Source: Raillietiella orientalis (taxonomy: Eukaryota). From it: a stretch of 64,000 bases of DNA. Below the pieces are notes generated by a model. It was not told where the DNA came from and searched no databases. It saw only the letters and a list, made by a program, of their open reading frames with translations. Position numbers and translations under genes: made by a program. The first letter of the stretch is position 1, and the number at the start of each line of letters is the position of its first letter. The stretch is taken from positions 372,001 to 436,000 of the forward strand of contig JAYWIR010000040.1 in NCBI GenBank assembly GCA_036172245.1, read 5' to 3'. Below, piece after piece: positions 1 to 12,531 of the stretch.

Positions 1-2248
1 ACTTATAAAAGTGCTTCAACCACGCACTCGGTGTCTTCAGGAAACGTATCAGAAAGTTTTGTAACAAAACTCCAAATCATTGCAGCCGATTTAGATTTTG
101 CAAAATTTGGACGAACGTTTTTTTGGGTGGCTGTTACGCAACCAAAGGCAAGCGAGGACAAACGAGTTGCAATCTGAAGTCTCCGTTCTCCGACTTCAAG
201 AAAATTACGAGAGCGGCGATCAACACCGTCTTCGCACAACACATGGAATATGCGAAAGGAACGAACGCCCTCACTGCCCTGTGACAACAGAAACTTCCGT
301 GAATACTAAAGTGCGTGTTGCAGGAGAGAACAAGGAAAAATAAATTACTACCAGTGAAGCAGAAACCCCTTTTGTGCTTTCTCCAGAGGAAACCGGTCAC
401 CAAAGCTTGTTCTTCTGAGAATAAACCTCCCTGACGAAGAAGAACGTGTCTGAGGGTAGCACTCTTTGATGACATCGGCAAAGGATGATCACGTTGAAAA
501 CGACCGAGACACGTTAGCTAAGCCGACATGTTAAGGTAACCATTCCTCGGGAGATGAAAAATCGTAGAAGATCTGCCAACTTAGTTTCTATAAGAAACTT
601 CCAGACGACTTCAAAAAAAAAAAAAAGATTCCTTCCTCACATGATATGACGCCCAGTGATGCACTGGTTGGATTACCAAGAAGTGTGAGGGATACTGATC
701 GAACACCCAGGAAAACTGTACGAAACTACAATAAAATGCAAGGATTAAAAAAGAAGAAGAAACCAATAACATTAGAGCACACAAATCAAGCTGTGGCTAT
801 TCACTCAGGTAGGACTACTGGTTTCCCAAAAATGACACCAAAGAGAAGGAAACACCGCTTAACAGAGCACATTTGGACGCATTCGGACGAATCTTACAAG
901 AAATCAGCTTCAAACATCAGACGCCTCAGCGAATTAGCACGCGAAGAACAATTTTTGCATTTATCCCCCTGCATTTAGGTGAACCCTTCCTCCTCCCCTT
1001 ATTTTCAGTCCAGATTTAGCATTCGAAATTAGGAAGGTTTTCGAGAGTCACTTTGCTTCTTATGACGTACACTCCTTTTCTATGGCCTCTCCGACATTTA
1101 CTGCTTCTTCTAAGTCCTTCGAGAGCATCTCTAACGCACAGAGCAATCTACAGGAAAAAAGCAAATAACCTCACTGCACTTGTCTCCATAGCCGAGAGCC
1201 TGCTAGAGTAGATTCGATCCACTGAGGGCCCTAGCAATGCAGCCACCTAATAAGCAGTTTCTTTCACAGATCATTTCTAAATTTCTAAGTGACCCCTTTC
1301 GCGACAAAGTTCGGCCAGGACACCGGCTCCGCATAGTGCTAAGAAGCAATGAGACTTGGTCGAGCAAGGAAACACCGGGCACGTTCTTTTGCATAACCTC
1401 GAATGAGACCGCAACAGAACTGCACACTCGCGCTCGCAACATTTTCCTGAATTCAAAAGCAGAACCGATGATGGAGAAATGTCACGAAGCGAATGCTTAA
1501 GAACAATTAGCAACTAAATTCAGATCCCGGTGGTGGCAGCAGCATAACTTTCTTTGATGTTTTCCTTTGGGACAGTGGTTTTTCGGATAGAGAGGGAAGG
1601 GAAACCAGAAAAAGGAGGAGGCAAAGGAATGATAAGGGTGATTGCAAGAACAGAAGGAAAGGTGAATGGACTTCATTGTGAACAGTGTGATTGTACTTCA
1701 GTGGGAAGGCGCAGTGAAGGGAAAGGAAAGATCAGATCTTCCGCATCACGAGAAATCATCCGAGTTACGCCACTAGGGCTGCTTTCTGTTATCCACCTAC
1801 AATTACGAGAGGTACTATTCCATTCACGAACATGAAAACCGTTTTCGTATTCGTGAAAGCCTGAGGACAAGCAGTCGTCCAGGAGCGGCGTGAGAAAACG
1901 GTTTGAGGAGAAACCTGGACTACTTCTTTCCTGAAAACAACAGCAAACCACGTGTTTTTCGTCATGGGCACCGACGTCGGCACAAATGCATCACACCCGA
2001 AGAGATACTCTGGATGGCACCATCTCAACCGGGATCAGCGAATATTTTGCGTTTTGTCAAATCGTATCCTGACCATAGACGGAATCAGACTCATTACTCA
2101 TTCGCCTATGTATGTTACTGCATGCTCGCAGTAAAAATAAGAAGCAAGCGTTTGGAATTTGCAATTATTTTTGGCGGGAGTGAATGTCCCCAAATAGGGA
2201 CAATCAAACATCCAAACAAATGAGCAGAAACTAAAAGTAGTCACTTAC

Positions 2249-2804
2249 CAGTAAGGAACCATTCTCTGAGTCCCACATTTCTAAGGTGCCGTCAGAGCAG
2301 CCGATCACAATAATGTTTACTTCATAGTCGATGCACCACACTTTCGGTAATTTTTTCTCTTCCAGGTCATCAAGGTTGGAACGCGCCATGCTGCCGCCGG
2401 TCTCGGAGACTTTGCTTAAGGTGTGCCTGAACGCTGTATGACGGTGAGGAGCACTTCCTTGTGTTCTTTCAAGATCCATGTTTTTCCTCAAGCTGCTGAG
2501 ATTCGAGCTGTCGTACTCATGGTACAAAGATCTAGTCAGACTCAGATCACAATGATCGTCCGCGCTGTCACTGCAGATTTCGGAGTCGGAATCACTCATT
2601 TGTTTGTCCAGCAGTTGTCTGTCCAGATCCGAAAACTTCTTTTCGCAGGAAATGCACACTTCGGAGACACTTTGTTGGCCATCTGCAGAACCGTGATGCG
2701 AGAACGGAGCACGGTTCTGGAGATCCATGGTGTCTTTGTCGACGGCGTTCCAAAAAGAGCGGAAGCTTCCCTGGATTTCCCGGGACTTCGCAGACACAAA
2801 TCGC
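2249..2804 (-). CDS. SCAP: SCAP coding exon 9 (Ser/Asp-rich linker plus WD40 repeat); gene continues leftwards
   Basis: Lies within ORF 2231..2830. VWCIDYEVNIIVIGCSDGTLEMWDSENGSLL is similar to SCAP [29 protein letters not shown]. Acceptor TTGTAG|, donor CTG|GTAAGT. Phase is compatible with exon 8. Confidence 0.92.
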
Positions 2805-5499
2805 CTACAACAAATAGGAAGGTGCATCAATCACCGAATGATTCCTTTCTACAATGTCAATCAAGACCACACTTGAAACTATTGAAAACTTTAGCCTTTG
2901 AAAATGATCGTTAAACATGTATACAATTTGTGGTAGAAAAGATGTTTTTACATCGTGGTTGCACGAGCTTCAAGGTCCAGCTCAACACGATCTCATATGA
3001 CGTAGTGTTTGCATTCTCGGAATCGTCATGTTATCAGAAGGCAGACTACCTACCCTTGGTCTTAGAACACACCTAAGAGACATCACTGGAAGCCTGAGCC
3101 AACTGTTGAGTCTTCTGTGCATTTCAGCTTTTACAGTTAAACTTCCTGTGTGAGTACCACTTGCAAATAAATCTTCCTGTGGCTCGCACTGGGCACGGGG
3201 CAGCCAAATGCTGCTCCGCAAGAAAGGCGTATAGCTTGTCATGGCAATAACAAAAGGAGAATAAAAAGGAGACGAACCGATTTCTTTGACATCATTCCCC
3301 TTCCCTTTCCCAAGCTAAAACTTGAAGTGGCAAACGTAACGGCAAAAGAAGGGAAAGAACGGAAAGAAATACAGCAGTCGGTTTTCTAAACAGTGAAGCA
3401 GTTACTTCGAACATCAGCCGTGAAAGCTTTGGAACTTTCTTTGCTCGGGACTGGTTAAGAAGACGCTGTATTTCAGATGAAAATCGAAATGGTGGCTGCA
3501 GTGTATAACGTTCGCGTGCACTTGCGCTGAATCAGTTTATGATCAACCGAGCACAGAGACATGCCTTGCGCTAGCAAAAGCGCAAGGTGGTCGGTTTTCA
3601 ACACTTGTCCACAGCAATGCACAGCCTGCACTGCCGTGGACAGGTGCTGAGAACTGACGTAAGCACGGACGAAACAACGCTGTTTTGGAGCATCCGTGAG
3701 AAATGATCAGGAGGATGCACGTCAGTCGACGAGGCAGAAAAAGAGGGAGGCAAGCTTGCTTTGGGACCGGAAACAAGCAGTACAGAAAGGGCACGCTCAA
3801 CTGTGAGACAAGAAACCTTCAAGAAGCCCAAAGTAATAACCATCATTTTTAACTGAAACGAAGATTGGCATTTCCAGCGAGAACAGGAGCTACGAGCGAT
3901 CGAGGAAGATTAGCTTAGTAGTAACAGGTAGAGAGAGAAAAGTCAAATGATACTTGATGGTCCACTGACTCGCATGCAAACAGATAAAACCACTGCGATC
4001 TACCCCACGTTCTCTGTGCATCACGTTAATAGGTGCATTTGTATGAACAGAACACACGACCGCTATGAATTTCGAAGCTGAAGTTGGAAGGACAGAGATG
4101 AAAAGACAAGGATGAAAAAAGACCATCTTGCAACTTACACGTCATCCAAAGAAAATCTCGACCCAAGGAAGCAGCATCGTTATGCATTATGGCGTGTTGA
4201 AACAAACACCCATCATTATAAGGCGACCAAATTTACAAGTTCGCTTACTTTCATCTCCAATTATTTCAATGTTTTGTTAGCATCGCATCAATTACATACC
4301 CGAAATATTTCTTGCTGGCAATTATAGGAGTAAAACGTAATTTTACAATTGCGATCAAAAGACTATCTTCATGAGAAGTCAGGAATTGAGCCGAGCTGTG
4401 TATGACTTTCTGGTACCTCAAAGAGAACCGGAAGCGATCATTCCCGCTCGCATATCCAAGAAAAACTTCGTTATAAGGCAATGATAAATCGGAAGATAAA
4501 TATCCACACAACTGAGTTTTTACTGGACGCATGTTGTCTTGCTGAAGAATTAACAACTGTATCTCGTGCTATGAACCACACTTAAAAGGGATCTGTTGAA
4601 TCCACGGAGTTTGGAAAAGATGCAAAGATAACTTTCTTGGTAATGCATACGTGATTCGGAATTGTTCCGGGGGCTCAATTACCGAGAAGCCAACATGACT
4701 TTAAAATTCGTTTTCGGGAAACACGAAGACCTGGTGTCATTGGCCGAGCAGCTCTTAACTTCTACCGAAAGATGCAATGGGCAGTTTTAAGCAAGGACTC
4801 CATGAACGCTCGCTTTCGCCGAACAGATCATGAGGGATTACAAACTGAAGAAAGATGAAGAAAGCTGGAAGAATAAAATCGATTCCACCCCTCCTAGCTA
4901 GTCGTTTTCTCGGGCATCTCGGATCTCCAAGTTTGTTCTAGCTGATTGACTCTCAGGAATTCACTCAGTCATACATTCTTAATTATTCATCATAGTAAAT
5001 ATGAAATATAATGCTTGCACCAAGAACATCTAGAACATACTCGAGTTGAAAGCAGAGGTGAGGTTGGCTTCTTTCCTCATCGGAAGCACAAAAGCCCCTC
5101 TCTAAAGGCTAACGCTGCAGGAGAGAAAAAAGCAGAGAGAAGTCAAAAGAAAGTGGCAAACATGAGGTAGAATCCAAGTGAAAGAAGAAATTCAATATTC
5201 CTCTGAAAAATTATTTGCGGCTGACTCTGCACGAGGATCACATGGGGCTCAGCTTCTTTCATTCACCTACTGTCTCGAAACGAAGTGACCATTTGATAGA
5301 AACATAAGAAAACACGGGTATGCATGACCTGATCACCGCAAAGTGATAAAGTACCACAAGTTGACATGCAACAATCTTCACTGAAAGACAAACTCGAAAA
5401 AGATGCCTGAGATTTCACCTACTGCTACCTCCGCCTACTTCTGCTTTGGTTACGGCTGGCAGTGGATGGTTGCTACGTACGGGTTTGGGATAAGTTTCT

Positions 5500-6060
5500 C
5501 TCGAGATTTCGATTCTTTGTGGCAATCGAGAGCGTTGTGCTTTGCGCTATCTCCCAAGAAGGAATCTACGCAGGCAGGCAAGGGATGTGATCTGTCCCAC
5601 TCGTCAGTAAAGCGCAGTCTAATTGGATCTACGGATACAGATCGATGGGGGAAAATGGGGCGGGAAATCATCTTGTCGGAAAAACGCATCTCGGTAAGCC
5701 GACATTGCAAACCATCCCCATCAAGCACGAATTCAAATCTCTGGGAGGAACTTCCGTCAGATTTCGCTGATCATCTGAGCTCTTCGTTGCGGGGATGACA
5801 GCGGTAGGCCTCGTCCTCAAAGGCACACGTCATGTCCGTCGGCGGTCGACAGTGGCACGGGCTATACGCTCCGTTCGCTGCTACTGAGACCAGGAAACCA
5901 ACTCGAAGTAGTGGGCTGTCGTGGATACCCTCCTCGCCAAATATACTTTCCAAGCAGTCTTCCAGATTCCGGGACTGTTACTGGCATCCGCCGACGAAGT
6001 GACAGATCGCGAAAGAGGCATCAGTCACCGGAAAGCGCACTTGCACATGGTACAGACCAT
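5500..6060 (-). mobile_element. Possible decayed PIF/Harbinger transposase fragment in SCAP intron 8
   Basis: GC-richer patch with frameshifted motifs in Harbinger order: SADAS, I.GE.GYP.QP, EAYRCH, QRFEFVL, AC...HN. By-eye match only; edges approximate. Confidence 0.3.
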
Positions 6061-8820
6061 AAATTCGTTTTCCCCATGTTTCATAAAAATTCCCATTTTT
6101 TTATTACTTGAATTGAATGACATTATATTTTAGAATGCTAATTATTTATTAATTATCCGAGCATTTCGGGTATAGCAATCTAAGCGTATTTTTCAACATT
6201 TCTCAAGATATTATCATAATTATTATGTTCAATATAAGATACTAAATTAATCAATAATTAATAGAAGCATTTGAATTCTATAATTCGGTGATTACTTATA
6301 ACGAAGTTAAATTAATTTTTGTACGTGAAAATGTAGAAATTAAACGCAGTAAAAATTTCTGATTTCTGGAGAGGAGGCTCACTGTAGCAACTTTGATGTT
6401 ACGGCAGGCCCTGCCGTAACACCAAAGTTGCATCACAGAGGAAATCTTCCTTCGAAGGACTCGTTTGAAATTCCGCAGCTTAGCACGAATGCTAAGCCAT
6501 AAATGACAAAAACACATCACAAAAACAAAGAGAGAAGAAAATGGAGGTCACGAAAAATCGCAAGACTGACGCAATGTAATTCTATTTCTGCTCTCTCACT
6601 AACGTCGCCCCCATCCGTGCAGTAACTCCATTTACCACATGTTTACTGAAAAACAGCTTCCTTTGCTTTGGCTGTATCATCTTTTGGATGATCTCTTCAA
6701 CGTGTTACTTCTTATCCCTTCAATTCAAAATCTAAAACTTTGATGTTTTTAGTTTTGGTGCCCAAAGAAACCACGAATAGTACTTCTTTTTATTCCAATA
6801 TTTATTAACGCTGCCTCCTACTTTAGAAACACAGCACAGTTATTTAACTGCGCTATTTCTTGTAAACTCGGCTTATACTACAGAGTGGAATGTACTTTAT
6901 TATCTAATTCAGAATTCCGAATACGCTTTACACTTCAGATTTTCAGAAAATAGAAAATCTAGAAATGGATTTCCTATCCGCTAATCTGAACTATAAAATG
7001 TATTTTTCTCTCTTTTCAAAAAAGGCCAAGCAAATTCCAGTACATCTATCATGAAAAGTGTACCGAGTTGGATTTCGTACTCAGTTTGTAATACCATGGA
7101 GTCAGTCAGTCGGGTTCAAGGAGGCACCAACCTTTTTAACGTTAACGAACATTTCCCACAAATGAAATGTTACATTTATACCAAGATTACCTAGATGCCC
7201 TTTAAGGCCACTCAAAGCAACTAATAGAGAAATTTCTACTTTATTCAATTCTATGCAAATACGAAGCGTGGTTGGAATTTCGTCCACCGAACCATTTTGA
7301 CTGCGTACGCAGCACCGATTAGAAATTTTCAAATGATGAATCTGCACGACTGTGCCGCTTTAAGAAACACTGTGTTCCCCAAAGGCCGATTCCATTAAAA
7401 AGAGAACACTGCCAGATGTGGTTTCCGAGCCACAGATGACTTGATCTTCCACCGCATCGGGACAGGTTTCAAAAGTCTGCCTTTTATTGCAAGAACCTGC
7501 CAGGCAGTGACTGGGAAGGAAAACACAGCCTTGCAAAAGTGTCGCACCCCAAACATCCTGCACAAGTAATGGAACCCATTTGATTTCGATCGTCCTGGAA
7601 ACCCATCCATGAGCTCTGCGGAAACGATTAGATCACTGATGAATTAAGAGTCCTCTCTGACCAGGCCGAATTCATTAGACGGGCAGTAGATAACAAGGAT
7701 TGCTTGAATACCAATAACCAGTTCGCGAATTCAGTGAAATGGACCGAACGTTACAGAGGCTTCTTCTGAGTACCACACGATTAGTCTTTCTGCCTCAAGA
7801 ATTGTGAGTCGACCCCAAACAATCAGCCACATTCAAAAAAACAAGAAGGCAGTTTTAAAGGGAAAAAAACGAACATGGAACTCTGAGGAATTTTTTACGC
7901 GCTAGAATTTAGATACGGAAGCTTAATTGAGAGGGGGGAAGGAAAATGCAATAACCATTCGCTGGAAAAAGTACAAAGAAACAGCACACACGAGTGAGAC
8001 TCCCAAATGTCACGGATTACACGTTAACCTTTGGAGTGCCATGGACGCACGCATGCGCCTGGCAAACGTTTTTTTGACCTTATGCTCGGCGACACGGGTC
8101 GACGCCATCCACGTTTCAGACGGACGACGCGCACACTTACGTTCTCGTAATCGCCTTGGCAACGGCAGTAAACAAAATCCCGTCCACGCTGGCCAACTGC
8201 TCCCTCTTTTTCTGGGTGCCAAATGGAATTTATTATACTGCTTTTCATCTTTGTGATATCTTAAAAATGTCGAATAATTTCGAAGAGATTATTAACGAAT
8301 AAACAATTATAATAGTAACTTTGATCAGCACTTTGTATAGCCAATCGGCACCTCGGTGGCACACGGAAAAGTCGTCCACAGAGGTTGCAGCTGCGACTCG
8401 CGTGCAGCCACCGCAGAACGTTAAAATCTGATGCGCTCCGCACCCAAAGGTTTAGGGAAACCGCTTTTAGGGCGGAAATAACAGTTTAAATGCATGCAGA
8501 AAGTAAGTTCACTAAATCTTGAGAATACCGAAGGAACTCCCAATCTTGAGACATTCCGGGCTTTGAATAATTCACGCAAGAGTAGAAGAGTGAAACCACA
8601 ACCGCAGATAAACTAGATCATAAGAGGATAGGATGCCACTGAGGGAATTAGGCGAATCGTTGTTTAGAAATACAATTTTTGATGACAGAAAAGAATCTTT
8701 TCGGCTTTGTCAATGATGCTTTTACAAATGAATCTCGTAAGAAACCACAAGGTTTCTTCTTACCAGCACCGTTTCCGATACTGCAGTGAAATCGGTTACT
8801 CTTCCAAAGCATTACATTAC

Positions 8821-8990
8821 CTTCTACGATCAATGCAGTTCGTAGGTTGGTCATCTTTCAAATTCCAAACAACAATTTGTTTACCACCGAATGTGCAGCA
8901 TGCAAAGTTATCACAATCTGCCACCATAAATTCGATCTCCTTCCCCGAATGCTTCAATTTTTTTACTTTTAAGGGGATTACATCCAGCAT
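8821..8990 (-). CDS. SCAP: SCAP coding exon 8 (first WD40 repeat)
   Basis: Manual translation MLDVIPLKVKKLKHSGKEIEFMVADCDNFACCTFGGKQIVVWNLKDDQPTNCIDRR is similar to SCAP [37 protein letters not shown]. Acceptor TTTTAG|, donor AG|GTAATG, phase 2. Confidence 0.85.
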
Positions 8991-10418
8991 CTAAAAGTGC
9001 AAGAGCCTCATCTTACAAAGCCACTCCTTTAAATAAGTAATGTCATTCAGAAATTAAAATACATTCACGCCACCACACTCTATAAGGACGCCACCCAACT
9101 CGGAATGATTAGAGTGAAAAAACAACATTCTGGTCAAACCAACGTGGAGATGCCGTTCGTTTTTACATCTTGAGATATAAAATGAAAAGGTGAAACAAAG
9201 AAACGGAATAAGAGGATTCCCTATCATGAAGCATGGTTTAACTTCCACTTGCGAAAGCGCATCAGAGCGTTTCCTTCAGACGGACTCCTAGATAGAAGTG
9301 ATTAGACGGAATGCCTTCTGAAAATTAGAGTATAGATCAGAATAGAATGGCGAGGTTTTGGAAAAGAGGACAGCACTTTTATGCGGTAGACTTATGTCTT
9401 CGCATGCTGGTCACTTTCCGTTTGCTTTGGACCGCACTTTGAGACACACGCAAGGAACTTATCAAAGCAAGTTTCTTGCGGCAAGATTCTTCAGGTTTAC
9501 GGTTTGGTATTCAACAGGGCGAACTTCTTGCAAAGTTGGAGCAAGAGGTACGCCAGATGCGGTAATGTACACTTGTGTTTTCCGATCAACTGTACTAGAA
9601 ATGTAACGAAGGTACCACAAACGAAAAAAATTCAGACGTTGATAACAAATTCAAGCTATTTTTCACATTAAATAACGGTGGCCCTTCGTGATAAATGACG
9701 TGGCAAATGCATATGCATCACTCGTGCCGGCTTTGCGAGTCGGAAAGTTCAAAACGCAAAACAAGAGCACTACCAAATTACAAAGACTACAAAGATCAAA
9801 AGAGGAAAAGCACAAAACCTAAGGAGTTACAAACGGCAAATTTACACGAAATTTCCGAGGGAAGAAGAAACCCGTTTGCTTCATCTGCACTTGAAAGGTC
9901 GCAACATTATCAAATGCTGTGGTCTTTAGCGCAGTTTATGCACGACTATCAGATGGCGCATAAATTGCCATGCAAAGAAAACAAGACATGTAGAAAATCT
10001 TGCTTCATTTGCAGGGTAATGAAAGTGAAAAGTCTGAATGCATACGGCTCAGTTTCGAAAGTCGTTGCCAGCAAGTGGAAGTTGCGTGTCGTAAAATGGT
10101 TTAGGAAGTGTGAAAACTTCAAAGTATGAAAACGAACCAAGCAGAGAAACATCGCGTGTGCGTTTCAGAAGGGATGCAGCTCTCCAGAGGGACAAGAAAG
10201 ACGCATTGCAACGACTTTTGACACCTAAGCTGCAAACGCACGAAACGATAGTTTTCAAGGAATATTAATCAGTTGCCATGCGCGAAACGGTACATGGTCA
10301 ACTTCCTTCTTCGTGCATCAAATATGAGAGAAACAACTGCCCTTTCAGACCAGCAAGCAGCATTGGGATGCTGCGAATGTGCAAAATCTTTGATTCTGCA
10401 CTCGCCGATGAAACTTAC

Positions 10419-10654
10419 ATTTTCCAAATACAAAGTGTCTTCTTTGTTCCACGAAGTTCTCCACTGTGCATAGTTTTTCGAGCAGACGCAGCGGTACAGA
10501 ACATATATGATGTACAAGATGAATACGGTACTCGGAATGGCGAAGACACATGCAATCAGCAAATCAGACGGAAACTGTCTAAAATACGTGACTGTTGGCA
10601 CATTGGAATCGAGAAAATTGGTATTTGCAGATCCAAAGTCCAGGGGCTTCTGAT
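10419..10654 (-). CDS. SCAP: SCAP coding exon 7 (TM8)
   Basis: Acceptor TTTCAG|. A hydrophobic segment is followed by LYRCVCSKNYAQWR, similar to SCAP LYRVLCPRNYGQ. Donor AAT|GTAAGT, phase 0. Confidence 0.92.
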
Positions 10655-11013
10655 CTGAAATCAAGCGACATTCAGTAAAATACTGAGTACGTAGAAATTC
10701 GAGTTATTCATTCAACAAAATTTCGAAACCTTTCCACACCAAAACATCAAGGAAAAAAAAAGAATATACAAGGCACAACGCGCACGGCCGGTTTCGTGAA
10801 CACACCTGTCTGTAGCTTCGAGAGAATTTTTTTTTTTTTTTTTTTTGCCTGATTTTTTTCTCAAGTTCTCTACTAGCAACGGATCGCCAAGGATCACTGA
10901 TTAAAAGACAAACAAGGAAAACTTTTTCACAGCAAGCGATGTTCCTTAGGAAACGGTTAAGCGGAATTAGCAGAAACTTAGACAATTGGTAACACAATGA
11001 AGGGATTACTTAC

Positions 11014-12275
11014 AGTGAGGATCAAAAAGTTTCTGACGGACACCAAAACCTTTCTGCATTATCTGCCTGACAGCTATGGCTTCTTGAGGGTCGATATCGA
11101 ATGAAAGATACAAAGGAGGAAGCACAGTGATACATTTATCTTGCAGGCTGATTTTGTAAGCATTGAACAGAATGGGCCAGTGGTATGACGACAAAATAAC
11201 GTGTTTTGTCTTCGTCGCAAACAACACATCCTTAAAACTGCGTTCCAATTTCGAATCCTGCCCTTCGCTACTGGTGGCATGAGAGGCATTCACAAACTCG
11301 GCAGGGCTTGTTGAGTTGCTCTTGTAAGTATTCGTCAACAAGGTAGACCCATAAAACATTAGCAAAATCCAGGTACTCATAAAAAGCATAAAACTTCTCT
11401 GCAAGATGAGGTTTTCTGCCAAGAAATACATGAATCTGAGTCTTTTGGGCATCTTCACCAGCAGACGGGAAGTGAACGCAGGGGCAACTACACTTGTCAA
11501 GGTCTTCCTGTTTCTCTTGATGTAATTGCCCGATATCATATCACGAAGTAAGTTTCCACGGGTGCTAAAATAATCCTTAATTCTCTGCAAATCCGCAAGT
11601 TCTCTACTTTGAAGCCTATGCTTCAAAAGAGTGTAGAAATTGCAATACTGGTCGAATTTCTGCAATTCGTAGTCCACTTGGCAAATGTAGTGCGACAGCG
11701 CGGTGACCAAAAACGTCATTTGAAGGAGAAAGTTGCAGATCAAACCGAACATGGTGAAAATGCAGAATTCTTGAACAGAAGGTATCAGGCTAAAAAAGGC
11801 TACTGTCAAGATGGTAACCTCCATCAAGAGAAATTTGGTAAGACTCCATCCTTCCTTTCGGAGGGCTTGAGCAACTCTGATTTTGGGATCGAGATGGCAA
11901 GAAGTTCGCAAAACAGCACGGATGATGACTAGAATATTCTCAAACCCAAGAATGATCACCAAATACACGCAGAGCTTGTTCTCAAAAAGGGAGTACGAAA
12001 TATCAAACAGAATGCAAAAACTTAAGGACACGATTAGAGAAATCGCCATGGTAAACACAGAACCCAGCGAAATTCCGAGCCTCAATCTAAAGGATTCGGA
12101 TTCGCAGAAACAAAAATACATATAGATAAACACTCCCAAGTAAAGTGCTGCTAAAGGAAATACGTCCCACGTGTTCACCGAGGGAGGGAAGTATATGTGT
12201 TGAAGTCTGGAGGTAGTTGTGTTCTGTTTAACACCACGCAGATTGCACAGCCGATTTTTCAGCTTATCGAGCAAC
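11014..12275 (-). CDS. SCAP: SCAP coding exon 6 (sterol-sensing domain TM2-6, TM7, loop 7)
   Basis: Lies within ORF 11006..12343. YMYF, YLVIILGFENILVI, KIRVAQAL..EGWS, PSVQEFCIF, ELADL, PKRLRFMYFLA and LS.YHWP.LF are all collinear with SCAP. Acceptor TTTTTTCCATTCCAG|, donor |GTAAGT, phase 1. Confidence 0.97.
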
Positions 12276-12388
12276 CTGGAATGGAAAAAAGAGTACAGTT
12301 TGCATTCCTGTGCTTCAGATGACGATTTCAAGAGCATCGCCATAGAAATATTTTCTATAAGCGCTGTTAATTTCCATTAGATGCTTAC

Positions 12389-12531
12389 TGTTTGTGGTTA
12401 TGCTTCAAAATCAGGGTCAATGCATATGTTATTCTTCGCTGGACATTCCGAAATGGATATCTTTTCAAACCAGATTCTTTGACGTTCACTCCATACACGA
12501 TGTTCAAAAGATTCATTTTGCCTTGGCCTAG
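12389..12531 (-). CDS. SCAP: SCAP coding exon 5 (loop 1)
   Basis: Manual translation LGQGKMNLLNIVYGVNVKESGLKRYPFRNVQRRITYALTLILKHNHK resembles the arthropod SCAP loop-1 motif G(I/L)KRYP.R...R...YA.TL. Donor |GTAAGC, phase 2. The phase-0 acceptor (TTAAG) is less canonical, so the 5' edge is less certain. Confidence 0.85.

Noticed and set aside
1673..1951. Possible next SCAP WD40 exon (ESSPSGVTRM)
   Set aside because: Similarity is weak and the nearest acceptor gives phase 2 where phase 0 is required.
3564..3587. GC hairpin CCTTGCGCT-AGCAAA-AGCGCAAGG as a Helitron 3' end or terminator
   Set aside because: No CTRR terminus at the expected distance, and intrinsic terminators are irrelevant in a eukaryotic intron.
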